Assembly: GCA_964187785.1 (NCBI GenBank) | Contig: OZ076421.1 | Span: 23,374,001-23,438,000 of the forward strand | Direction of reading: 5' to 3' | From: Amphiscolops sp. MND2022 | Lineage: Eukaryota | Length of the DNA stretch: 64,000 bases | Part shown: positions 39,401 to 51,105 of the stretch, in pieces | How the letters are laid out: every line of letters starts with the position of its first letter | Numbering within the stretch: the first letter of the stretch is position 1 | The notes under the pieces: model-generated | Seen by the model: the letters and a program-made list of their open reading frames with translations, nothing else | Told to the model about the DNA's origin: nothing | Database searches by the model: none | Position numbers and translations under genes: made by a program

Positions 39401-41610
39401 CTCACCTAAAAATTCCTAGGTATCAAAAATCGGGTTTGTTAATCAAAAAGCGCTTATGATTCAATTTATTTCAGTCCTGCGTCAAAAAAAAAGGGATCGA
39501 AATTCCTAGTTGCGTCGCTATTCCGTAAACTTTGTTGAAATTATTTTTGTTCAAGCAACTCCATTTCCTGTTTGAGTCTCCAAATTGCGGTAAAATAAAA
39601 GTCTAGGCGAGATTTCCATCAACGAAACTACGCCGGCGTGATCAAATCGTCAATTCCCAAAGTAGGAAGTTAGTGTTTGAAGCAAAAAAATGACTCGCAA
39701 AAGCGTAAAGGAATTGAAACGGAGCAAAGAATTTCGGGAATGAAAATATCTAGATATGGAAAGGGAACAAATGATGCTAGAATAACACATTCCAATTGCT
39801 GGTACGAACAAACCAATATTGTGTCTCACCCAACAGTGGTAAGCGATAAAACTCAACAAAAACATGAACAATTGCTGACGGAAACTATCCGTTTAAATCT
39901 ATCCGGTACAAATCTTACATACTAGAAAAATTAACATGAAAATTAATAGCAGAAACATGAATGCAACAAAACTGTATGGATTTAAAAAAACAAAATCGAA
40001 TCATCACCAATTTGTTACCAAGTTAACACTTTAACCCTCCTTACAATACAGCTTTTCTTATATGAAATCCAGTCCTAAAAATCTCCTAAATGCGTCGATT
40101 CAAAAAGGGAGGACTGTGTCGTAGTTTCGTTTGACCCAATACCTTGCAGTTACAATTTTACACCTTGCTCCGTAGATGCTCCGTTTGAATTAAGATTGGT
40201 TATAGCTGAGCGGCGGAATACAATTTACAATTCGCTCCGTAGATGCTCCGTACGTATAAAGATAGCTGAGCAGCGGAGGCTGACGGAGAGAAAGTGAAGA
40301 GCGTATGCGATTTCGTTCTCTTTCTCTTAGCAAATTGGCGTTGCTAGGCGCAACCGCGCATAAGTCTATCGGCATGAGGTCAAATAATTCAGTTGAGAAG
40401 CGGCGCTATTGGTCCATAGAAATAGAAAGTCTGGTTACTAGTTTAGTCGAGTGACGCTGTCATAACGTTGTAAACATTTACTTCAAATCACTTGATTGAG
40501 GTTTTAAGTGGATATTGACAACTTCTTTCAATAGTGGAAAAGTAATTCCTCTATATTTTGTATGTTCTTTCATTTTAGATCCTATGAACTCCGTTGGGAT
40601 CTCGGAGTTGAATATTATCTTTGATGTTTTCTTTTAGTGTGGAGCAAAGAAAAAATGCTCCCATTTAGAAAATGTTTCTGTTTTGATATTTAGATTGGCA
40701 TGGGAAAAATCACAAGATGAAACCGGAAATAAGAAATGGCGTTGCGCGTGAAAATATTTGAACGGAAGTTTTAGTTAGTCCCGAATCTTTTCTGAAAATA
40801 TTCCGTAACGCTTACGTTGGATTTTATGGCTGAGATTTTATCTCCAATTAATTTAGCTGTACTGTAAGTAGAATTAGGGGATTTTACTCATTATTGCTAG
40901 CTCAGTGGTTTGGCAGTTTAGTTCTAATGGTACTTGCAGTACCCTCGTCCTCTGCCTCTTCCCAATATTTAGCAGAAGTCGCAACCACGTCCGGAAGCGG
41001 GAAGTGACACTCGGTTGAATCTAAAAAGGAAACTCAAGCCTTGTGAAACGTGCAAATCTTCACAGTTTGAAATCACCGCTTATTCTTTGATGATTTTCTC
41101 AAGCAGCTTGATAAAAGTCTATTACTACAGTTGAGCATTTTTGTGTGCAAGTTTCCGTGAGAGTTTTGGAAAATCAAAACTAAGTTGCAAGCAGTTTTGA
41201 AAATGCAAACAGTTCAAGAAAATACAACGAGGTGAACCAGTGAAAAAAAAACGTGAAGAAATTGTTTCTCTGCCAATTGGAATCTGACGGATAACATCAA
41301 TGATTCCATGTGGCTCTTGGGAGATAAATTATATTCAATTCAACTACCCAGGTTTTCAAGTTTGCGCATCTGTGCAGATCTGTAGGATTTTTGCAGATCT
41401 TTACAGATATGGGCAGATTCGATAAAAACTGACACTCAGAAACCCATAAAAAACCCCACAGCGATGTCAAACGAATGATAAAAATGTTTAAAACTGGAGA
41501 GAAGTCTCATTCATGTCAAAATGATGAAACAATTTCAGTAGCAATCTGAACAGATCTTTACAGTTTTTTACAGTGGCAAACAATGACCAATAAATTACTA
41601 TAACGTATTC

Positions 41611-41830
41611 CAAGTTACCAGCAATGATTAAAAAAACTATAACAAACTACCTTGCGGACTCCTCAAGATAGTTTGTTAGAGTATTTGTAATAATTGCTGG
41701 TAACTTGACATGTGGCAACTTTCTGGGTTGGTCGATGTGTTGATAAAGTGTTGTTGTTATAATACTTCGGACGTATTAAAACAACAACACTTTATCAACA
41801 CATTGACCAACCCAGGTTGCCACATGTCAA
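41611..41830. repeat. Two abutting long palindromes (41611-41707 and 41705-41830)
   Basis: caagttaccagcaat...attgctggtaacttg followed by ttgacatgtggcaac...gttgccacatgtcaa, the second with near-perfect ~55 bp arms. Confidence 0.85.
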
Positions 41831-42578
41831 ATTTTATCAGCCAAAACGAAATCAATATGGCAAACGAGCCTCTCAAAGTTCTACAACCACTTCTGGAAAG
41901 TTCACGAGAAATCGATAAATAACGGCGTATTACAAAACCGCACTTTCTCCAGTCACCAAAATTACCGCGATGGAGAAAATTTTTCCTTCTTGAGAATTTT
42001 GAGTGATGGAGAGTTTCAACGGACAGACCCTAGGTCAGCTAACATACTCGATAAAGTAGTTGAAGTAGTCCAACTTGAACGATAAAGTTGAAGGGAGTTC
42101 CGTTCTCGACATCCTTCAGAACAAACATCCCAAGCTTTGAAAAGCCGACTTTGAACACATTGCGATACCAGATGACTGAACATTAAAATATCATGTTACA
42201 AACTTTGACTGTTTAGGCTAAGCGATGTCGAACAGGAGCAAAGACCTAGCGGGAACGGAGATCGCGAAGCGATCGTAGTGGGAGCTGGTCTTTGCGACGG
42301 TGAGGGCGAGCGTGCATACACCGGATATGCCCCACATTTCAGTTTTTAGATTTCTTTAGATCCTAGGCGGTGGAGCTCTCAGGATATGTGTGAAGGCTGT
42401 TCAGCTTACACCAGATATGCCCGACATGAAAAGTCGAACTTGGTGTCTCGGAACTATTCCATTCGAACTTATTGCACTAGTTCTAATTCGAACTTAGTAA
42501 ATCGAACTTATTGCCCGAAGCCGGTTACGGGCGTACAAACATTACAGTAGAACTGTTCGAGGAACTCAGAATTAGCAA

Positions 42579-44188
42579 AGTTCGCGCGGATGTCCCTCTG
42601 TTGTTTGCGAGAATGCTTTGCTTGTAGCTTGCGAAGTAGTCTCGCCCTTGGCTTTTGAATGGCGGACCACCTGACCACTATCAGGAAATAAGACTATGAT
42701 TTTTGCTGAAGAGACTAGAACAAAACTGAGTTGAAGCTTTAAAGCTTTAATAAACTAAAAGATTATTGCGTTTTGCGTGTTCTTGCAGTTCAAGACAGTT
42801 CACAGCTCTCATCATGGTGGGTGAGGTTTTGACAATGAAGCACAATGTTTAGAATTCATGTACCAGTCAATGGACATAAATGACACAGTATGATGCAATT
42901 GAAGTTATGTAACTGCACGCTTATTGGCTAACAAATATGTTGTATGCATTGGCAAACACCTTGTTCAATTCGGTCTATACAACAAATAGGCAACGTAGAA
43001 CATGTATTCAGCAAAAGCAATGAGAATGAAAGGGGTTGGGAAAGGTCAATCAAACAAAGATAGCATTCAGCGCGTTGTCACAGTGAGCTTGTATGAACTC
43101 AAAAATTCGTTTTCACCTAAAAGTTATAAATCACAATATCAACCACAAATATAGATGAAGGAAGAGTGAAGTTTGCTATTTTAGAGACGAATGAGCTTGA
43201 GGCTGCATTAAGCCTGACAATGGAGTTAGAGTCGGGGAGGCTTCCTTTGACTCGGGTGAGGGAGGGGGGCATAACAGATTTCTTGAGGAAACAGAACATC
43301 CCCATTATTATATGTCGCATTCCTGTGCTGCGTTACACCAACGGAGCAGCGAGGAGGGTTGCTGTTTGTTTCCGTAATGAGAAGCAACTTCTGGCAACAT
43401 TCAAGGGCACACGGATGAAGGACGCTCCTTTCGATGGACTTCCAGAGGCTCCCTGGCGACATGGGGCCCTATACCCAGACCCGCTAGGAGAGCAGTATGT
43501 GGAGGTTGTCCAAGATATTGGCGGCACTCCATCGAGCACGTCTCACTCCTTGCAAGTGGTGATTGGGAATAGAGTGGTTGGCACACAGACTCCAACCCGG
43601 GAGGAAGCATTGTCAGCCAGCAGGAAAGGGGGAGGAAGATGTGGTTCTTCACCACTCGCACACGCGAGGTGAAGACCCTCTGCAGAAAACGCATCGTGCC
43701 TCCGTTGGAAAAGCATCGTTCCCTGCCTAGTACGCTCTGGGATGACTTGCTGCAATTCCGGGCATATATAGCGTACTGCATCCAGGAGCCCGGTGATGTG
43801 GTCCTGTTTTCCTCCTTGACTGCACACTGTGTATTGACGGGACAAGGGCCAGCGGTTTTGATGACCACCACACTGAAGGTCGAGGAGGCCGAGGAAGAGC
43901 TCGTTCAGCACCTGGGTGCGCAATATCAGCCTCAAGGAGTGAGGCGTGCGATAAGACAGCCGGGTTCGCGGGGAAGAAGTAGGGGGAAAAGACGGTCCAG
44001 GTTTTCATGAGGTAAGGAGCGCTTTCAAGCTTTAAAAATATACAAAGTACAAAAACACATATCTTCAAAGGTATTTCACTTGATGTTGTTTCAAAATGCA
44101 CAGCTCGTGGTCTGCAAACGAATTCGATAAATCTTTCCACTTTTCTGGGGAATCCTTTTGAAATTTATTCAGATTAATATATGCGACA
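42579..44188 (-). repeat. 3' LTR (1610 bp)
   Basis: Direct repeat of 51106-52722 at a few percent divergence by eye. Starts TGTCGC on the minus strand right after the PPT; the terminal base appears substituted (…GAACT instead of …GAACA). Confidence 0.9.
43130..44010 (+). pseudogene. JmjC-domain (Fe(II)/2OG dioxygenase, histone-demethylase-like) ORF inside the 3' LTR, antisense to gag-pol
   Basis: Joining ORFs 43166-43672 and 43639-44010 across a 1-G loss at ~43523 gives HVSLLASGDWE*SGWHTDSNPGGSIVSQQERGRKMWFF...YCIQEPGDVVLFSSLTAHCVLT. HxD is at 43582-43590, Lys at 43636 and distal His at 43825. One in-frame TAG at 43570; start codon uncertain (first in-frame ATG 43220). Confidence 0.8.
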
Positions 44189-44201
44189 TACCGCCCGCCT
44201 T
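44189..44201 (-). promoter_or_regulatory. Polypurine tract
   Basis: AAGGCGGGCGGTA on the minus strand immediately precedes the 3' LTR. Confidence 0.7.
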
Positions 44202-44253
44202 GATTTTGCGTGGCGCAAATCAAAAAAAAGTTAGATGACGTACAAATATAGCA

Positions 44254-45442
44254 TCAAAGGAGCTGACAATGAGCGAGCATTAACAAACAACTGATTACAG
44301 GGTGTTTCATTAAAGATTGAGGAGGATATGTATCGATAGGTAGTTTTTTCAACTTGTGAACAGAGCGATTGTATATTCCAGTTGGAGTTTTCACCTTGAC
44401 TACTCTGACGGCACTATCGGGTCCACGGTAGACATAATGGACGCGACCAATTGGCCATTGTAGAATTGCTGAATTGTCATCGGTGATGGAAACTAAGTCG
44501 CCCACTTTCAAATTGCTTGTTTCTCGTCTCCATTTGCTTCTTTCCTGTAATGTGGTTACGTATTTTTTGGTCCATCTGTTCCAGAAATGCAACAGAATGT
44601 TCTGAATGTGATACCATCGTTTTGAGGGACCGCAATTGTCCACGGCATGGGTTTGGTCCAATAAAAAAGACGGTAACACGTCTAGTTTGTGTCCAATTGA
44701 AAGATGTGCTGGTGTAAGTGGTTCAACTTCATTGGGATCATCGGACATTACACTGATTGGGCGCGAGTTTAGCACTGCCTCGATCTGACAAAAAAGAGTT
44801 GTTAACTCGTCAAATGTCAGGACACTGTTGCCCATTGTTCTGCGTAAGTGTTTCTTCGCACATTTCACTGCCGCTTCCCATAAACCTCCGAAATGAGGAG
44901 CCATTGGGGGTATGAAGTTCCATCGAATGCCAAGAGCACTAGATTGGTAATGCAGCGAGTTGTCATGCTTGTTGGATAGAACCTCTTGCAATTGTTGAAT
45001 CTGAACAAAGTTGGTTCCGTTGTCAGAGAATACTTGACTGGGACAACCTCTTCGAGATATAAAAACGTCGTATTGCTGCCATACACCCCAAAGTGGTCAT
45101 ATCGGATACACACTCAATGTGGACAGCTTTACTGGCAAAACAAACAAACAAAGCCATGTAGGCTTTGTCCTGACTTCTGGCCTTGCTGCTTGGTTTGCAT
45201 AGAAAAGGTCCTGCAAAGTCTAGCCCCACGTTTTCAAAGGCTCTGTTTGGGACGTCAATGCGTTCCTTAGGGAGGTCTCCCATAAGCGGCCCACTCAGCT
45301 TGGCTGTGAACATGCTGCATTTCACGCACTGCTGAAGTTCTTGTCTCACAACACTATGGTTGTTGGGTATCCAGAAATTTGATCTGATCTGAGCCATCAC
45401 TTGATTGATGTAGCGTATCCAGATGAGCTTTCTTAATGACAA
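44254..45442 (-). pseudogene. BEL/Pao integrase (frameshifted)
   Basis: CVKC zinc motif, FENVGLDFAGP, WNFIPPMAPHFGGLWEAAVKCAK, EAVLNSRPI and C-terminal WPIGRVHYVYRGPDSAVRVVKVKT. Confidence 0.9.
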
Positions 45443-45822
45443 GCGTAGCGTATCTGCTTTCCCTCGGACTTAATCGCTGATATTGGGCCTCGTCTGGTAA
45501 ATTGGCGTGGGCAAGACGACCACCAACACAAAGGACTCCCTGGAATAAAAATGGGTACAGTTTTAGGATTTTTTGCTTGTCGATTTTACCTAAGGCAAGG
45601 TCTCAAAGGTTTTTATTTCGTCGGAATAAACCTTCTTTTGTTCTTGCCGTAGAAGAATCATCATCGCCTCCGTCATTTCTTCAGGTGAGATGGTTCCTAA
45701 TGAACCCTTGGTGCCTCGGTTACGAATGCGTTGTGTAAATCGTTTGACAAACGCCACTAACCTGAGAAGCCTCGACAGAGAACTGAATAGCGAAAGGTCC
45801 AAAGATGTCTATCGAACGTCTA

Positions 45823-46850
45823 TTAACGTCTATCGAACCTGCAATCGTAGCTGGTAACACACCGCATGTCTTTTGTGAGCTAGAAGCACCCAGAGTTATG
45901 ATGGTTGACGGTGTTTTTTGCACTTTCAAAATTAGTGCCTTCGCTTTTGCCTCTGTAATGAAGCTAACTTGTGATCCGGAATCTAACAAGGCTCGTAGAT
46001 GTACCCTTTCACCTGATTTATTGTGGATGGCTACCATTGCCGTTGGAAGTAGAGCACCGGCGTTTAGAGATCAAGACCCGCAATGCCCAGTCAAGACAGA
46101 AAACTTGTCTATCGGCTTGCTGACCTGCTGAACCGGCAGACTGAATTGTTTTGTTGGCAGAAGTTGACACACTCGCTATTGTCTTGTTTGACCCGTCATG
46201 CAAAGTTGTCTCAGGCTTTGGTCGGTGAAGTAGAGTGTGGTGTTTGGCCTTGCACTTCCTGCAGCTGAATTTAGAACCACATTCGCTGACACTGTGCCCA
46301 GTCTGCAAACAATTGAAACAAGCACGCTTCTTCTTCACCAAGTCGTACTTCTGGGACGTTGACATCTTCTTGAATTCTGGACACGCATGGAGTTTATGTT
46401 CAACGACACATATCTCACTACACGTCATTGAAGCTGCGTAAAACTGATGCCGGGGCTCACGTTGATCGCTCATCTTGTTGGCTTGGGGAATCACTTTGAT
46501 TGCACAACACTCTGATGCCCTGCTTCTTTCATCAAGGAACTTGGATAAATCGTCCCAGCGAAAAACATTTTTGCCAGGATGTTTGTGCTGCCATTGCTTT
46601 CGTGATTTTGCATCGAGCTTGTTGGCGATGCAACAAACTAATACAGCACTCCATTGATTCACTGGTTGACCCAAAGCTTCTAATGTCCTCAGATGCTCAT
46701 TGGTGGTTTCGTGTAGTTTCCTGAGGCCAGACACAGATTCTACCTTCATTGACGACTGAGACCAAATGGCTTGCAAATGAGCTCGCACTATACTTCGTGT
46801 GTTGTCGTATCTGTCCTTTAGTAGCTGCCACGCAAGGGGATAATTGGCAT
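45823..46850 (-). repeat. Duplicated gag-C/protease-N block (copy of 49472-50500)
   Basis: Offset 3649 bp; four substitutions counted in ~1030 bp. Flanked by a second duplicated block (45370-45810 matching 46850-47290, offset 1480). Confidence 0.9.
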
Positions 46851-47069
46851 CCAGAATTTTGATCTGATCTGAGCCATCACTTGATTGATGTAGCGTATCC
46901 AGATGAGCTTTCTTAATGACAAGCGTAGCGTATCTGCTTTCCCTCGGACTTAATCGCTGATATTGGGCCTCGTCTGGTAAATTGGCGTGGGCAAGACGAC
47001 CACCAACACAAAGGACTCCCTGGAATAAAAATGGGTACAGTTTTAGGATTTTTTGCTTGTCGATTTTAC

Positions 47070-49686
47070 CTAAGGCAAGGTCTCAAAGGTTTTTATTTCG
47101 TCGGAATAAACCTTCTTTTGTTCTTGCCGTAGAAGAATCATCATCGCCTCCGTCATTTCTTCAGGTGAGATGGTTCCTAATGAACCCTTGGTGCCTCGGT
47201 TACGAATGCGTTGTGTAAATCGTTTGACAAACGCCACTAACCTGAGAAGCCTCGACAGAGAACTGAATAGCGAAAGGTCAAAGATGTCACGTGCATAATT
47301 GTCAACCTTTGTAACTGCAAGAGACACTGCTGGCACTGTTCTTACCACTCTTGCTAAAGGAGTCCTTTTAGCCGCTCTAGGGTGTAGGATCTGTCGCTCT
47401 GGCCTTTTTACTTCATGTTCAGTGAAGTTTAGTTTCGGTTGTGACGGTAGCACTCCACTACGTAACCAAGTTGGTCCCTTCCACCAAATTTCCAGGCTCT
47501 TGAGTGCACTTAGCTCAACACCACGAGACGCTGCATCAGCTGGATTGTTCTCTGTGGGTACGTGTTGCCAATGAACACGGTCATTGCGTTGTATTTCGGC
47601 AACTCTATTCGCGACAAACGTTTTCCAGTTACTTGGTTCTTGAGAAAGCCAACAGAGAACAATTGTGGAATCACTCCAGCCCGTTGTTGCACGTATGTTG
47701 ACAGAAATTCGCTCAAGTGCCTGAATGACTATTGACACCAGACGGGATCCGAGAAGCACAGCGCACAATTCAAAGCGAGGAATAGATTGTGTTTTCAGTG
47801 GAGAGACTTTGCATTTTGCCACAAGTAGATTGGAATTCCTCTCACCTCGATTATTGCTCGAGACCACGTATACACAGGCTGCATATGCCTTCTCTGAGGC
47901 ATCACAGAAGACATGTAACTCGAAAGGCTCTTGCTGTTCTTTGCTCAGAACAAAGCGTTGCAATTTGATCTCTTTTAAATTGTGTAAATTCTTCCGCCAG
48001 GTCCGATAGCTCACATCAATCTCGGTTGGCAGTTTTTGATCCCAGTCGACATTTGTTTGCCAGGCCCTTTGCATCATGCTCTTCAGAAGCATTGTCACCG
48101 GAGACAACCAGCCCAGAGGATCAAAAGTTTTGGCAATGTCACCAAGCATTTGTCTTTTTGTCATTCCATCGTCATTGATGTCATCAGAGATGTGAGCTAC
48201 CTCAAACGAGAACAAATCATCAAAAGGATTCCACGTGACGCCCAGTGTTTTTATGGTAGGAGTTGGGTCAAGAAATTCAGGTTTTCATTTGCTTCTCTAT
48301 ACTCTGCGGGAAGTGCTATGACAAAAGAAGGAACATTGCTGGTTCATTTTTTCAAATCAAATTGAACTCGTTCAAGAGTTTGTATCAAATCCTTGAGAAG
48401 CTGCTCAGCTTCCTCAATGCTACTAGCTCCTGTCAAAATAAAATGCCGCCCACATAGAAATCACGTAGAATTGCTTCTTTGGCCGCCTTTGGTACACCAT
48501 CAAGCTGGGCTGCTTCCCTCAAGCATCTGATTGAGTGATAAGAGGAACTTGCTACCCCGTAAGTCACACGCGTCGTCTTCACTGAATCGCCAGACGAGTC
48601 GCATGAAGTCCCTGTCTCTGGTGTCTAGACCAACCTGTCGGTACATCTTGGCAACGTCTGCCGAAAACGCAACCTTGAAGAATCGGAATCGTATCAAAAT
48701 GCTGAATAGGTCGTCTTGCAGTTTCGGGCCCACTATCAAGCAGTCATTTAGCGAAAGACCTGTTTTGTCTTGGCACTAGCATCAAAGACCACCCGCAGCT
48801 TCGTAGTTGTACTGGCATCTCTTAATACACAATGATAGGGAATGTAGTAGTGGTTTACATTGTCCAACTCTCCATCAGGTACCTTCTCTAGATGACCCAG
48901 TTCCAAAAATTCAATAATAAAATCAGAATACCTGACTTTCAGCAAGTTGACACGTTTCAGTTTGTTTTCCAGATTGATGAATCGTATCACTGCAGAAGCT
49001 CGGCTCTGACCCAGCAAGTGACCGTCTGCCTTGAAAGGTAACCTCACATAGAACCTTCCGGCTGAGTCTCTTGTGGTTGTTGCATCAAAATGTTCTTCGC
49101 AATGAGCCTCTTCCATCGTGCAATGCTTCTTTTCTGGTACACTCTCTAGTTCCCAGAATCTCGCTAGTAACTTGTTTGACTCCCCGTCGCTTGCCACTGT
49201 CACATGATGAGTCGAAATTACACCACTCGTCTCCAATATTGGACCCGAAACAATCCAGCCCAGGAGTGACTCTCGAAGGATGAGACCATTGTCCTTGATT
49301 CAATTGTCCAGCATTAGATCTTCAATGATGTCGGCTCCCAGAAGCATGTCGATTTTGCCAGGTTCACTGAAGTTGGGATCAGCCAGCTTCAGATGATCTA
49401 CGTGACGCATCTGGGAGATATCCACAATTGCATTAGGCAGTGAACCAGTTATCTTCGGGATCACGTGAAAGTTAACGTCTATCGAACCTGCAATCGTAGC
49501 TGGTAACACACCGCATGTCTTTTGTGAGCTAGAAGCACCCAGAGTTATGATGGTTGACGGTGTTTTTTGCACTTTCAAAATTAGTGCCTTCGCTTTTGCC
49601 TCTGTAATGAAGCTAACTTGTGATCCGGAATCTAACAAGGCTCGTAGATGTACCCTTTCACCTGATTTATTGTGGATGGCTACCAT
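47070..49686 (-). pseudogene. BEL/Pao protease-RT-RNase H (stops, frameshifts; YVDD degenerated to YVGG)
   Basis: RALLDSGSQVSFITE; FWELE; TKLRVVFDAS; VGPKLQDDL; RVTYG after a short deletion; DFYVGG at ~48450; RNase H ORF 47070-48215. Confidence 0.9.
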
Positions 49687-51085
49687 TGCCGTTGGAAGTA
49701 GAGCACCGGCGTTTAGAGATCAAGACCCGCAATGCCCAGTCAAGACAGAAAACTTGTCTATCGGCTTGCTGACCTGCTGAACCGGCAGACTGAATTGTTT
49801 TGTTGGCAGAAGTTGACACACTCGCTATTGTCTTGTTTGACCCGTCATGCAAAGTTGTCGCAGGCTTTGGTCGGTGAAGTAGAGTGTGGTGTTTGGCCTT
49901 GCACTTCCTGCAGCTGAATTTAGAACCACATTCGCTGACACTGTGCCCAGTCTGCAAACAATTGAAACAAGCACGCTTCTTCTTCACCAAGTCGTACTTC
50001 TGGGACGTTGACATCTTCTTGAATTCTGGACACGCATGGAGTTTATGTTCAACGACACATATCTCACTACACGTCATTGAAGCTGCGTAAAACTGATGCC
50101 GGGGCTCACGTTGATCGCTCATCTTGTTGGCTTGGGGAATCACTTTGATTGCACAACACTCTGATGCCCTGCTTCTTTCATCAAGGAACTTGGATAAATC
50201 GTCCCAGCGAAAAACATTTTTGCCAGGATGTTTGTGCTGCCATTGCTTTCGTGATTTTGCATCGAGCTTGTTGGCGATGCAAAAAACTAATACAGCACTC
50301 CATTGATTCACTGGTTGACCCAAAACTTCTAATGTCCTCAGATGCTCATTGGTGGTTTCGTGTAGTTTCCTGAGGCCAGACACAGATTCTACCTTCATTG
50401 ACGACTGAGACCAAATGGCTTGCAAATGAGCGCGCACTATACTTCGTGTGTTGTCGTATCTGTCCTTTAGTAGCTGCCACGCAAGGGGATAATTGGCATC
50501 TGTGATTCTAAGTGAGCTTATTAGTTTCGCAGCAACACCCTTTATGCAGGCTTTCAGTTAATTTAGCCTCTCAGAGTCAGATAAAAGACTGCTTGAGCCC
50601 ACTGCTGCTTGGAAGAGATCGCTGAAAGATACCCAATCCGTATAGGCCCCAGTGAAAGTTGGCATTTGGAGCTTTGGCAGACGCATGCGTCCTGTAGTCG
50701 GCAGGCTTGAAGAGGTTGATGCGGTTGCTGCAAGTCCCGCCTTCAACTGGGTCTTGATATTGTCAATTAGTGCACTGAGTCGAGCCATGGCGATGTTCAT
50801 CCTAGTCTCGTAATCTGAGAATGCCTCCTGTTCTTGTGCCAGCTTGGCATCGTCTTCAATTTTGAGCTCGATCTCTGCGTCCCATCTGAGAATGGTTTTG
50901 TACTTGTTCTGCAACGTAGAAAACAGCGCCTCTGCTTCACAGAGCTTCTCACTGGTGACTGCGTGATCTGCTACGAGGTCATCAACTCTGGTCTCGTATT
51001 TTGTGAAAGCTGCTTTGTGTCCTGCCCTCACACGCACTAGTTTGCGAACATCTTCCTCCCAGATGTTTGTTCCTGCCTCAGCCAT
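49667..51085 (-). pseudogene. BEL/Pao gag (premature stop at 50558)
   Basis: ATG at 51085 just after the PBS. RLPKLQMPTFTGAYTDWVSFSDLF (Pao gag motif), ERLN*LKAC, and CFNCLQTGHSVSEC/CRKCKAKHHTLLH knuckles. Confidence 0.85.
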
Positions 51086-51088
51086 ATG

Positions 51089-51103
51089 CGGGTCGGCGGA
51101 CCA
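51089..51103 (-). promoter_or_regulatory. Primer binding site, probably tRNA-Tyr
   Basis: TGGTCCGCCGACCC begins 2 nt after the 5' LTR. The complementary tRNA end ...UCGGCGG-A-CCA implies C1-G72/A73, the eukaryotic tRNA-Tyr identity set. Confidence 0.7.
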
Positions 51104-51105
51104 AA

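Noticed and set aside
43495-43574. An intron (GTATGT...AG) that would remove the shared TAG in the JmjC frame
   Set aside because: The natural TAG acceptor gives the wrong frame, and the in-frame option needs a GAG 2 nt downstream. The removed segment encodes the beta-strand (HVSLLAS) expected before the HxD motif.
43401-43935. Minus-strand ORFs in the LTRs (156 aa, 130 aa; also 51860-52468 and 52071-52562)
   Set aside because: They have no recognisable motifs and differ in frame and extent between the two LTRs; best explained as antisense shadows of the GC-richer JmjC frame.
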